This document shows positions 19,416 to 28,723 of a stretch of 64,000 bases of DNA, in pieces. Location of the stretch: the NCBI GenBank assembly GCA_964568395.1, contig CAZMPN010000009.1:7075-71074 (forward strand), read 5' to 3'. Each line of letters starts with the position of its first letter. Within the stretch, counting starts at the first letter, position 1. The position numbers and the translations under genes were made by a program. The notes beneath the pieces are model-generated. The model was given only the letters and a program-made list of their open reading frames with translations. It was not told the DNA's origin and made no database searches. This DNA comes from an uncultured Helicobacter sp. (GTDB taxonomy: Bacteria > Campylobacterota > Campylobacteria > Campylobacterales > UBA6016).

Positions 19416-21131
19416 CTCAAGCAAAAGGCGTATCGTAAAGGTTGCGCCGTTTTGCTCGTTATTTGTCGCCGATATTTCGCCGTTATGATGCTTCTCTATG
19501 ATTTGCTTTGCCATATATAGGCCTATTCCGACGCCTTGAGATTGGTGCTTTGTGGAGATGTACGGGTCGAATATCTTGTCTATCAGATTGTCCGCTATTC
19601 CTCCGCCGTTGTCGGCGACCTCTATATATAGCTGCTCGCCTTCGGATCTGACCGTTATTGTTATGACGCCTTCTTTTACGTCGTTGCCTACGATGGCGTC
19701 CCTTGCGTTTAGAAGCAGATTCAGTATCGTCTGTTCAAAATCGTTTTTGTAGCCGAAAATATCATGTTTGCCTTCATAGCGCTTCTCTATTTTGATGCTA
19801 ATCTCCGCAAACGGGGCCTCTACAAGCTCTATGGAGGAGTCTATCGCCGTCTCTACCCTAAACAGCTCCTTTTCTTTATTAGGCAAGAAGAAGTTTCTGA
19901 ACGCGTCTATCGTTTTGGACATGGAGTATATCAGCTCCATCCCTTTTTTGTTGCAATGCTCCATATCTTCTTCGGTCAGTTCGCCGCGCTTATAGTCGTA
20001 GTATGCGCTTTGCATGATGATGCCTACGGCGTTGAGCGGTTGCCTCCACTGATGCGCTATCAGGCTTACGAGCTCTCCTAAGGCCGCATTTTTAGACTGT
20101 TGGAACAAGAGCTGCTCTTTTTGTCTGTTTTTTTCGATTTCTTCTTGTACTCTTTGTTCGAGTTCCCTGTTCATCTCTTTTAGCTTGGCCCTGCTTTTGA
20201 AGGCGTCGTTTATCGCCCTTGAGATATTGCCGTATTCGTTTCTTTTGTGCAGATATTCCCTTATAGGTTCTATGTTTCTTTGCTTGATAGCCCTTGTTAT
20301 GTTGATTAGCGGCAGGGTAAAGTATTTAGACATCAAAAATATGAAAGCCGTAATAATCACGGCTATATGAACCAAGGCTAGCTTTATCGTATCCTTTGCG
20401 TACTCGTCCACCGCTTTTAGGACGTCGTTTTCTATGAATATATGAAGCTCGGCTATCTGCTTGCCGTTGATGTCTTTTAGGGGGATATGTTTGTTTATGC
20501 CGTAGTAGGACTCTTCTTTGTCGTTTGGTTTATTATCTTCGACGGAGATTTTTACATGGCCTAGTTTTTCGAGCTCATCGATGTATTTTGCGTCCCAATG
20601 CTTTGCGACGAGGAAGTAGCCGTACGGTTTTTCGCTTTTTGACTTTTGGGTGGAGTGTTGGATAGGGGAGCCGAAAAGCTCTACTATGCCGTCTTTCGTC
20701 TTCGCGTAGAAATGTATCTCGGATGGCTCGTTTATCTTTAGGCTCTCTTTGTCCACTATCTTATAGATATCGCCCAAAAACATTTTGTCTATAGAGGAGT
20801 AGATTACGGTTTTATTGGCGTCTAGCACATATACGCCGTTGGAGCCGAACTCATCCAGACTCCCGTCTAGATTGTCTTTCGCCCAGCGCGCGTCTTTTGT
20901 GCCGACGTATTTGACGAGGTCGTTCCAGTATGCGTAGTCGTTGGCTTGTTTTCTATATACGCCGGATTTTAAAGCCAAAAGCTTCTCCACCCTAAGCGCG
21001 GCCTGCTCGCCTTTTTCTACCGCCGCCGCGTTTGCTTCGCTTTTTTGGAAGAGCCATAAAGTGGCAAACGACGAAAGCGACAGCACGCATACCGCAATGG
21101 TTAGTAGGGCGAACTTCCATTTTGCGTTCAC
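19398..21131 (-). CDS. Sensor histidine kinase with periplasmic sensor domain (CHASE4-like, tentative)
   Basis: 577 aa with two TM helices flanking a ~230-aa periplasmic domain. H-box IAHQWRQPLN. LLLNARDA, DNGGGI, GVGIGLY. No receiver domain. Confidence 0.85.
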   Translation of the reverse strand: MNAKWKFALLTIAVCVLSLSSFATLWLFQKSEANAAAVEKGEQAALRVEKLLALKSGVYRKQANDYAYWNDLVKYVGTKDARWAKDNLDGSLDEFGSNGVYVLDANKTVIYSSIDKMFLGDIYKIVDKESLKINEPSEIHFYAKTKDGIVELFGSPIQHSTQKSKSEKPYGYFLVAKHWDAKYIDELEKLGHVKISVEDNKPNDKEESYYGINKHIPLKDINGKQIAELHIFIENDVLKAVDEYAKDTIKLALVHIAVIITAFIFLMSKYFTLPLINITRAIKQRNIEPIREYLHKRNEYGNISRAINDAFKSRAKLKEMNRELEQRVQEEIEKNRQKEQLLFQQSKNAALGELVSLIAHQWRQPLNAVGIIMQSAYYDYKRGELTEEDMEHCNKKGMELIYSMSKTIDAFRNFFLPNKEKELFRVETAIDSSIELVEAPFAEISIKIEKRYEGKHDIFGYKNDFEQTILNLLLNARDAIVGNDVKEGVITITVRSEGEQLYIEVADNGGGIADNLIDKIFDPYISTKHQSQGVGIGLYMAKQIIEKHHNGEISATNNEQNGATFTIRLLLELGTKE

Positions 21132-21215
21132 TGGCTCTATCCTGCTTTCGAATTTCTTATAAGTGGCTTTTTCGTAATTTTATCCCAAAAGCCTGAAATA
21201 TAAAACCATTTTTTT

Positions 21216-22193
21216 CTATTTTTTGCCTCTTGATAGAATCAAATATATAAAAAACGGAGCGCCCAAAAACGCCGTCACTACGCCTATCGGAATTTCCGAT
21301 TCGAAGCCCGAGGTTCGCGATAGAATATCGCAAAACAGCAAGAACGCGCCGCCGCCGACAAATGAGCCAAAAACGAGTGTGTGGGACGGGCGTAAAAAAA
21401 GTTTTTTCAGAAGATGCGGCACCACAAGGCCGACAAAACCTATAGGGCCTGCGATGCTTACGACCGAGCCTACGGCCAAAGAGACGAATAGCAGCAGTAG
21501 CAGCGTCACTTTTTTGGTGTCTACCCCTTTTAGCTTCGCGTTTTCCTCGCATACCCCCATCAGTCTTAGCTCGGGCGTGAAATAAAGAGCGGCAAAAAGA
21601 AGCGAGACGGCGAATAGGGCCACGGGCGTCAGCTCCAAGAAACCGGTCGTGCCTAGATTCCCGAGGGTAAAGCGGATGATGGAGTGCGCCTGAAGTATGC
21701 TGCCGGAATAGTATATTACGAGCAAGATGGCGGTATATAGATGCGACAGCGCTACGCCAAGAAGCAGCAAGTTCTGGCTTGAGGAAGCCGATCGATTCGA
21801 GAAAAGTAGAAGCAAAGCCACCGTCGCGATAGAAGCCGCGAATGCAAAGAGCGTTATGAGCGAAAATCCGAAAAAGGATACGCCAAATCCGATATAGATG
21901 GCTATAGCCGCCCCAAGCGTGGCCCCGCTGGATACCCCAAGAGTAAAAGGGGTCATTAGCGGATTTCTGAAAAGCGTCTGAAACAAAAGGCCGGACAGGG
22001 CAAGCGTTCCGCCTGCGAAAAAAGCAAGCACGGCTCTTGGCGCCCTAATCTCCCAAAATATCAAAGCGTCCGCGCTGGCGGTATCGAATATGTTTTCGTA
22101 AGATATGGAGGCTATCCCTACGAACGGAGACGCGGCAAGCACGATAAGCGCCGACAGCGTAAGCAATATATTATATTTTCGCATAGTTTGCAT
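21216..22193 (-). CDS. btuC: FecCD-family ABC permease (corrinoid importer by context)
   Basis: 325 aa, polytopic. Contains [41 protein letters not shown], the typical FecCD/BtuC motif. Last gene of the cob/btu operon. Confidence 0.75.
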   Translation of the reverse strand: [325 protein letters not shown]

Positions 22194-22926
22194 ACACTCC
22201 GTCGGCTCTTTTTAGTATCCGCTCGCCAAAGCGTCTTGCGAGGGATGGTTCGCCGAAAAACTCATCGGAGTCGCCGAAAAAATCTATTTCCCCGGATTTT
22301 AGATACAAAACGTCGAAACCGAGTGAAAAGGCAAAGTGCAGGTCGTGCGTGATTACTATCTTGTTTTTGAAGACGGCGCCGCAAGACAGCGCGTCAAAAA
22401 GCGTTTGAGACCTTTCGATGTCTATGTTCGCTATCGGCTCGTCGAATATCGTGATCGCGCTGTTTTGGATTACGGCCTGCATAATCATCGCAAGCTGCTT
22501 TTCGCCGCTGCTTAGCAGAGATAGCCTATGGTTTGCGAGTTCGTCCATACGGAATTTGCGCATAACAAAGAGAGCCTCGTCCGTCTCCTCTTTGGAGTAC
22601 GGCTCGAACTTTTGTTTATAGGCAAATCTACCCATCAGTAGATACTCCAAAAGCGTAGTCTCCTCGTCGTATACGTTTAGTTTCGGGGCTACGTAGTTTA
22701 TCAGCTTGGAGCGCTCCTTGTTTTGTAGCTTGGATAGCTCCTCTCCAAAAACCAAAATACCGCCTTTCGTTTTTATAAGGCCGCACAGCAGTTTTGCCAG
22801 CGTGCTTTTGCCGGCGCCGTTTTCCCCTAGAATGACCAGATTTTGCCCCTCTCCTAGGCGAAATGAGATGTTTTTTAGTATCTCCCGGTCTTGGTATCCG
22901 AAATTCAGATTAGCGCACTTTAGCAT
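22171..22926 (-). CDS. btuD: ABC transporter ATP-binding protein (corrinoid importer by context)
   Basis: 251 aa. Walker A GENGAGKST, signature LSSGEKQ, Walker B ITIFDEP. Overlaps the flanking genes. Confidence 0.75.
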   Translation of the reverse strand: MLKCANLNFGYQDREILKNISFRLGEGQNLVILGENGAGKSTLAKLLCGLIKTKGGILVFGEELSKLQNKERSKLINYVAPKLNVYDEETTLLEYLLMGRFAYKQKFEPYSKEETDEALFVMRKFRMDELANHRLSLLSSGEKQLAMIMQAVIQNSAITIFDEPIANIDIERSQTLFDALSCGAVFKNKIVITHDLHFAFSLGFDVLYLKSGEIDFFGDSDEFFGEPSLARRFGERILKRADGVYANYAKI

Positions 22927-23743
22927 GGTGCTCCTCCGCTATTTTCCTCAAATCGTCCAAGAAGAGCGTCAAGCGATCGGACGGTATCGACACGTAGTCG
23001 CCGTCAAGCACGAATATGGAACCGCTTTTTGCCGCCTTGATAGGCAGCGCGCTCCATGCGGCTTTGATCTGGGAGGCTGTGATGTTTTTTTCTTTGGTGT
23101 AAGGGAACAACACTACGACTATATCGGGATTCGAGGCTATGATACCCTCCATTCCGATGACCGGCTGTCCGCTCCTGTCTTTTCTTATCGCGTTTTCAAA
23201 CCCGGTCTTGGCGATTAGCTCGGCAAAATAGAGATTGTTTCCGGCGACGTATATGTTTTTGGATAGGTCTATGTTGTTGCCGAATACTACCAGCATCTTT
23301 TGGTTTGTCCGCGGCAGTTTGGACAGCTTTTGCAGCCCGGCGTCTATCTTGGCGTTTATGGCCGCCCCCTCTTTGTGTTTGCCTAGCCTTGCCGCTATTT
23401 TGCTTACGGCGTCCTTTATGCTTCCGACGGAGTCTATGCGTATCGCGAGCGTTTTGATTCCCAGTTTTTCCAGTTTTCTATTCGTCTCTTCGCCGCTAGC
23501 CTCGCTGATAACGAGGGTAGGGCGTAGGGCCGCTATTTTTTCTATCGATGCGTCGTGGTATCCGCCGATTCTCGGTATAGCTTTCGCGCTCTCCGGGTAG
23601 TTGGCGTATTTGGTCGTGCCGACTACGTTTTTGCCCTCTCCAAGCGCAAATACTATCTCGTTTACGGCCGGAGAGAGCGTAACTATGCGTTCGCTTCCAA
23701 ACAGATAGGTAGCAAGCAGTAGAAAAAACGCAAAAATCCTCAC
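22910..23743 (-). CDS. btuF: Periplasmic substrate-binding protein, class III (BtuF-like)
   Basis: 277 aa with a signal peptide. ERIVTLSPAVNEIVFALG...RPTLVI is typical of the BtuF/FhuD-type fold. Confidence 0.7.
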   Translation of the reverse strand: MRIFAFFLLLATYLFGSERIVTLSPAVNEIVFALGEGKNVVGTTKYANYPESAKAIPRIGGYHDASIEKIAALRPTLVISEASGEETNRKLEKLGIKTLAIRIDSVGSIKDAVSKIAARLGKHKEGAAINAKIDAGLQKLSKLPRTNQKMLVVFGNNIDLSKNIYVAGNNLYFAELIAKTGFENAIRKDRSGQPVIGMEGIIASNPDIVVVLFPYTKEKNITASQIKAAWSALPIKAAKSGSIFVLDGDYVSIPSDRLTLFLDDLRKIAEEHHAKVR

Positions 23744-24306
23744 CCAAAATCCTCTATTATCGTGATACCGGCGTATGGAATATCAATTCCGAACGCCTCT
23801 TCCAGTGTCAGCTCTTTTTCCGTCATCAAAAGCGTTTTTATTACGCCTCCATGCGTTATCACTAGCGTATTTTTAAACGGCCTCCGTCTTAGCTCGTCGA
23901 AAAAAGAGTTTATTCTTCTTGAGAATTCGTCAAGGCTCTCGCCTCCTACGGCGTCTATGAACTGCCCGAAATTCTCGTATTTGATGCCAAACTCGGCGCA
24001 AATATCGTCGTACTTCATTCCTTCGGCTCTTCCCCACGACTTCTCTCTTAGCCTCTCGTCGTAGACTATATTTTCCAATCCGAGCGGTTTCGCGCTATCC
24101 ACGCACCTCGTCAGGTCGGAGCAGTAGACGGCGTCAAAGGATATATTCCGAATGGCGTCCGCGGCTTTGGCGGCTTGTTCCTTTCCATATCGGCTAAGGG
24201 GTATGTCTATATGTCCGTTGTAGCATCCCGCATACCGCTCGTCCACGCTCGCATGTCTCATCAAAAAAAGCCTCAAAGCGTACCCCAACCAATCACTACG
24301 GCGCAA
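23740..24306 (-). CDS. cobC: Histidine-phosphatase family protein (alpha-ribazole phosphatase CobC by context)
   Basis: RLFLMRHASVDE (RHG-type motif) and ITHGGVI. The track ATG 24306 overlaps cobS by 34 nt. TTG at 24276 (TTGA overlap with the cobS stop, giving MRLFLMRHA) is the more likely start. Confidence 0.7.
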   Translation of the reverse strand: MRRSDWLGYALRLFLMRHASVDERYAGCYNGHIDIPLSRYGKEQAAKAADAIRNISFDAVYCSDLTRCVDSAKPLGLENIVYDERLREKSWGRAEGMKYDDICAEFGIKYENFGQFIDAVGGESLDEFSRRINSFFDELRRRPFKNTLVITHGGVIKTLLMTEKELTLEEAFGIDIPYAGITIIEDFG

Positions 24307-25040
24307 AGAAGCACGAGCTCCGTCGACTCGATGACGAAGCCGTACATATCTCCGCTAAGACCGCCGAACCGTCTATTCAAAAAACCTCCGATAGCAAGCG
24401 AGACAACGACAGTAAGCGCAAAAAACCAAAAAAACCGTGCGTCTATTAGCCAAACGGCTGCGCCTACAAGCAGGGCGGAGTAGACAAAAAGCGGCGTCGT
24501 AAACTCTTTTTTTGCCGCATATCCCATGCCGGACTGGCGTACGTACGGATATGCATATATCGCCAAGCCGCCGCCAAAGCGGGAGAGCATCGGGATAAGC
24601 AAAAACAGCCCTATATCCGGAAGGCTGAAAAACGCCGTAAGCTTCAAAGCCAAAAACAAAAAGCCGTATATGGCGCCCATCGCCCCTATGGCAGGCTCCT
24701 TCATCACCTCAAGCGCACGGGAAGCGGGGGCGAAAAGTCCGTCTATCGTATCGACGAAGCCGTCCAGATGCAGCGCGCCGTAAAGGGCGGCGAAAAGGAC
24801 AAAGAGGGCGACCCGCAAAAAGCTCTCAGACAACACGCCGTGAAGCATGGCATATAGGGCGCATATCACGCCGCCAAGAAAAAGCCCGACCGTAGGATAG
24901 TACGCCGCCGCTACGCCGTTCATTCCGGCTCTAAACTCATGCATACGAAACGGTAATATCGTCATCATCGAAAAGGCCAATCTGAGCCCAAGCAGGTGTC
25001 TTTTTATCATTTCATCCTCAATGCCAGCCCGGCGGCGCAT
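24273..25040 (-). CDS. cobS: Adenosylcobinamide-GDP ribazoletransferase (cobalamin synthase)
   Basis: Polytopic. LRLAFSMMTILPF...HLDGFVDTIDG are CobS motifs. The likely true start is ATG 25010 (ATGA overlap with the cobU stop). Confidence 0.85.
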   Translation of the reverse strand: MRRRAGIEDEMIKRHLLGLRLAFSMMTILPFRMHEFRAGMNGVAAAYYPTVGLFLGGVICALYAMLHGVLSESFLRVALFVLFAALYGALHLDGFVDTIDGLFAPASRALEVMKEPAIGAMGAIYGFLFLALKLTAFFSLPDIGLFLLIPMLSRFGGGLAIYAYPYVRQSGMGYAAKKEFTTPLFVYSALLVGAAVWLIDARFFWFFALTVVVSLAIGGFLNRRFGGLSGDMYGFVIESTELVLLCAVVIGWGTL

Positions 25041-25555
25041 AGGTATACCTCGTCGCAGGCCGCCGCCACCATCTGTGCGACGCGGCCGCTGATGTCGGCG
25101 AAGCGTCTGGCTAGCGGATTGTCCGGGATTATTCCGCCACCGACCTCGTTAATGACGAATACCGCGTCGTTTTGAAGGGATAGCAGGCGGCGTAGCTCTT
25201 CGTATATTTCGTTTTCGCTCTTTTCGCGGTATAGCATATTGTTTATCCAAAGAGTGAGGCACTCTACGAGCACGGCGCCCTCAAGCCCGCTTAAAGCCTC
25301 GCACATATGTAGCGGCTCTTCTACGGTTATGAACCTGTCGGCTCTTTGGGCTTTATGCCTTAATATTCGCTCTTTCATCTCTTCGTCAAGCGGTTCGGTT
25401 GTGGCCAGGTAGTACGGTTTTTTGTTTGGGGATAGCTCCAGCGCTCTTGCCTCCGCATGCGCGCTTTTGCCGCTCTTTATTCCGCCTATAAACAATACTT
25501 TCATGCCAGGCTCCAGATTGCCAAAAAGGTTATTATCAAAATATCGAATCTCCAT
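25007..25555 (-). CDS. cobU: Bifunctional adenosylcobinamide kinase / cobinamide-phosphate guanylyltransferase
   Basis: MKVLFIGGIKSGKSAHAE P-loop and ...NEVGGGIIPDNPLARRF. The likely true start is ATG 25504 (ATGA overlap with the cbiB stop). Confidence 0.85.
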   Translation of the reverse strand: MEIRYFDNNLFGNLEPGMKVLFIGGIKSGKSAHAEARALELSPNKKPYYLATTEPLDEEMKERILRHKAQRADRFITVEEPLHMCEALSGLEGAVLVECLTLWINNMLYREKSENEIYEELRRLLSLQNDAVFVINEVGGGIIPDNPLARRFADISGRVAQMVAAACDEVYLCAAGLALRMK

Positions 25556-26385
25556 TGCAGGTTTAGCGCGTTCTTGACGTCTTGCCGCGTGATTTCGCCT
25601 CTGCCTTCTCCAAAATAGGGCTTATCCGTTATCTTTCCGTGATACGGCGTAGGCCCGCCGAGCCTTATACCCAGAGCCCCGGCCATCGCCGCTATCGGAT
25701 ATCCGGCGTTTGGGCTTTTGTGTTTGCCGCCGAATACAAAGGCGCTTTTGACGCTTTTGACGCTTGCCGCCGATAATGCGATAATGAGCGCGGTTATACG
25801 GGCGGGAACGAAGTTTGCCGCATCATCCAGTCTGGCGGATATTTTACCGAACTTTTCGTATCTATCCGTCCTATATCCAACCATGGAATCCAGCGTATTT
25901 ATCGCTTTGTAGGCCGCCATGCCGGGTAGTCCGAAGAGTATCAGATAAAAAAGAGGCGCTATTACACCGTCGCTTATGTTTTCGGCGTAGGTCTCTATGA
26001 GCGCTTTGTTGATTTCGCTCTCGTCTAGCTCTGCGGTATCCCGACTGACCAACATGCTAAGGGCGGCCCTTTTGTCGTTCGCCTCCAGCGCCAAGCGGAC
26101 GCTGTTAAATAGCATATTGGAGGCTATGAACATAGAAGAGACAACGGCGGTAAGGGTTAGCGAAAAAGCGTACGGCAGGCTATCTAGCGCCGCCTGTATT
26201 CCAAGCGAGATGGAGACGCAAAGCGCCACTAGCGACACGGCCAGTATTCCGCCCATGAGAACGCCGTCTTTGTAAAATCTTCGCTCAAACCACGATATAT
26301 ACGCTCCCATGAGGGCAACAGGATGTCTAAACGGAAATTCCCCGAAAATCCTGTCGATGATATAGGCGAGCAGAGCGGTCAACAA
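25501..26385 (-). CDS. cbiB: Adenosylcobinamide-phosphate synthase
   Basis: 294 aa membrane protein. MLTALLAYIIDRIFGEFPFRHPV...AENISDGVIAPLFY...DSMVGYR is the CbiB/CobD pattern. Confidence 0.85.
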   Translation of the reverse strand: MLTALLAYIIDRIFGEFPFRHPVALMGAYISWFERRFYKDGVLMGGILAVSLVALCVSISLGIQAALDSLPYAFSLTLTAVVSSMFIASNMLFNSVRLALEANDKRAALSMLVSRDTAELDESEINKALIETYAENISDGVIAPLFYLILFGLPGMAAYKAINTLDSMVGYRTDRYEKFGKISARLDDAANFVPARITALIIALSAASVKSVKSAFVFGGKHKSPNAGYPIAAMAGALGIRLGGPTPYHGKITDKPYFGEGRGEITRQDVKNALNLQWRFDILIITFLAIWSLA

Positions 26386-27767
26386 GATATGGCCTCTATG
26401 ATTTTGTCTACGTCGATAGACTGGGCTACGCTATTTTTTAATCTCTCAAGTTCTTGTTTACGATATTCGCCGTAGTCGTACCCTCTGTAGTCAGCTCTTA
26501 TCCTTCGCAAAAAACCGGTACGGAACGAGTCGTTGTGGAATAGGCCGTGGATATGCGTGCCGAATATCTTTTCGTCTTCAAAAAACAGCGGATGCTCTTC
26601 GCTCTTGCCGCAGTGTATCTCGTAGCCCTCTACGCTCTCGCCGCAATATTCGTAGCTTCCTTTGAAAAGCGTTTTGTTTTTTTCGAATACGACGTCGCTA
26701 TCTATCCAGCCAAAACCTTCCTCTTTCTCTCCAGGTCGGTTCTCCGCGCCGTGCTCGTCGATCAGGTTTTTGAACATCATCTGGTAGCCTCCGCATACTC
26801 CCGCTTTAAGACCCCCAAAACGCTGAAGTTCGCCGTATAATCTGGATGATTTTAGCCATCTAAGATCGTTTATCGTGGCCTTGGTGCCGGGCAGTATCAC
26901 CATGTCGTAAACGCTCAGCGGCAAATACGAATCGACAAACTCTACGCAAAGCTCCTTGTCCGCGATGAGCGGCTCGAAATCGGTAAAGTTGGCTATATGC
27001 GGATATTTGATGATCGCCACTTTGATGTCGCCGCGATTTTTTGCGTAGCCATCTATCGACAGCGCATCTTCGTATCCTAGGGTAAAATGGATATGCGGCA
27101 CGACGCCAAGTACCGTGATGCCGAACTCCTCTTCTATTATCCGCCTACCCTCGTCAAATAGCGTAATATCTCCCCTGAATTTGTTGACGACGACGCCTAT
27201 GACGTTTTTTTTGAGATTTTCAGGGAGTAGGGCGTATGTGCCGTATATAGAGGCGAATACGCCGCCCCTTTCTATGTCGGCTACGAGTATTATCTTGTTG
27301 CCAAACTCCGACGCCGTAAAGACGTTCGAGAGGTCTTTTTGCGCCAGGTTCAGCTCTACCGGGGAGCCCGCGCCTTCGCATACCACGACGTCGTAGCGTT
27401 CGTTTAGGTAAAGAAGCGCTTCTTTTGCGACCGGTTTTAGGTTTTCTATGTTTTTGAAATACTCCCTTGCGTCTTGCGCCCCGACGGCCTTGCCTTTTAT
27501 TATTACCTGGCTCTTGTTGTCTTTTTGCGGTTTTAGCAGTATCGGATTGAAATGGTAGCTGGTGGCTAGACCGAGAGCCTCGGCCTGTATGTACTGGGCT
27601 ACGCCTATCTCGCCTCCGTCGTCCGTTACGCATGCGTTGTTGGACATGTTCTGCGCCTTAAACGGGGCTACCGAAAAGCCTCTCTCTTTTAGAATCAGGC
27701 ATAGCGCCAAGGATATAGTGCTTTTGCCGGCGTCGCTAGAGGTGCCGAAAACGCTTATATTTCGCAC
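26379..27767 (-). CDS. cobQ: Cobyric acid synthase
   Basis: 462 aa. MRNISVFGTSSDAGKSTISLALC (CobQ/CobB-type ATPase) and the glutamine amidotransferase half ...GVCGGYQMM... Confidence 0.85.
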   Translation of the reverse strand: MRNISVFGTSSDAGKSTISLALCLILKERGFSVAPFKAQNMSNNACVTDDGGEIGVAQYIQAEALGLATSYHFNPILLKPQKDNKSQVIIKGKAVGAQDAREYFKNIENLKPVAKEALLYLNERYDVVVCEGAGSPVELNLAQKDLSNVFTASEFGNKIILVADIERGGVFASIYGTYALLPENLKKNVIGVVVNKFRGDITLFDEGRRIIEEEFGITVLGVVPHIHFTLGYEDALSIDGYAKNRGDIKVAIIKYPHIANFTDFEPLIADKELCVEFVDSYLPLSVYDMVILPGTKATINDLRWLKSSRLYGELQRFGGLKAGVCGGYQMMFKNLIDEHGAENRPGEKEEGFGWIDSDVVFEKNKTLFKGSYEYCGESVEGYEIHCGKSEEHPLFFEDEKIFGTHIHGLFHNDSFRTGFLRRIRADYRGYDYGEYRKQELERLKNSVAQSIDVDKIIEAISC

Positions 27768-28723
27768 AGGGCGGCTCCTAACCTATCGATATGCTCCGCT
27801 TCTTTGACGGCAAATCTTACGTATCTGTCGTCCAGAGTGTCGAAGTTTGCGCAGTTGCGCACGAGTATCTTATGCTTCGCCAGTCGCTCTTGCAGCGTTG
27901 GAGCGTTCATCCCTCTTAATTTTGCGAGCAGGAAGTTGGCTTTGCCTTCGAATACCGTCTCAAAAAGTCCGCTAGCCTCAAGCGAGTTTTTTAGCAGCTC
28001 CCTGTTTGCGTCGTTTTGTTCTTTAGAGCGCGCGTCAAAACTTTTGTCGCTCAGCGCCTGCGTCATGTAGTGCGCGTCAAAGGAGGAGAGTTTCCAGAGC
28101 GGCTCTTTTTGTTTTAGCTTTTCGATGTTCGAACGGCTTGCGGCTATGAAGCCGACACGTACGCCGGCCGCACCGTAGTATTTAGTAAGAGACTTTATGA
28201 CGTATAGATTTTTGTTTTGCACAGCTTCTGTCATTAATGATTTGCCGTCCGTAAAATCAAGAAACGACTCGTCCACGATAGTTTGTCCGTGCGGCGTTAT
28301 GTCGTATAGCGCGCCGTCTGGAGTCGACGGGTTGACGGATACCGATAATGCATCTCTCGGGTCGCCCGTATACTCCAAATTTGCGCCGATAAGCTTCGCT
28401 GCTTTTTTATACTCCGAGTAAATCGGGGCTTGCAATATCACGTTTTTTGGCCGCAGATGGGCAAAGAGCGAAAATATGGCGGCGCTCGCCCCGTTGTAAA
28501 GCTCTATGTTTTTGCAATCTATACCGTATCTGTCGCTTATCGCGGCTTTTAGCCTTGCGTACCCATCGCTCTCATAAGGATATAGAAAACCGAAATCCTC
28601 CGGCATCCGTATATACGGTTTTACGAAGTTGATATTTGACGAGAAGTCTATTATTTCGTCCATTTTGGCTCCGATGGATTTGGCAAACCAAGCCACGTTT
28701 GCGCCGTGTTCAAACTCTTGCAT
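27755..28723 (-). CDS. cobD: Class I/II aminotransferase-fold decarboxylase (threonine-phosphate decarboxylase CobD-like)
   Basis: 322 aa. HGANVAWFAK..., ...SLTKYYGAAGVRVGF (PLP lysine context). Sits between cobQ and the CobT-like gene. Confidence 0.75.
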   Translation of the reverse strand: MQEFEHGANVAWFAKSIGAKMDEIIDFSSNINFVKPYIRMPEDFGFLYPYESDGYARLKAAISDRYGIDCKNIELYNGASAAIFSLFAHLRPKNVILQAPIYSEYKKAAKLIGANLEYTGDPRDALSVSVNPSTPDGALYDITPHGQTIVDESFLDFTDGKSLMTEAVQNKNLYVIKSLTKYYGAAGVRVGFIAASRSNIEKLKQKEPLWKLSSFDAHYMTQALSDKSFDARSKEQNDANRELLKNSLEASGLFETVFEGKANFLLAKLRGMNAPTLQERLAKHKILVRNCANFDTLDDRYVRFAVKEAEHIDRLGAALCEI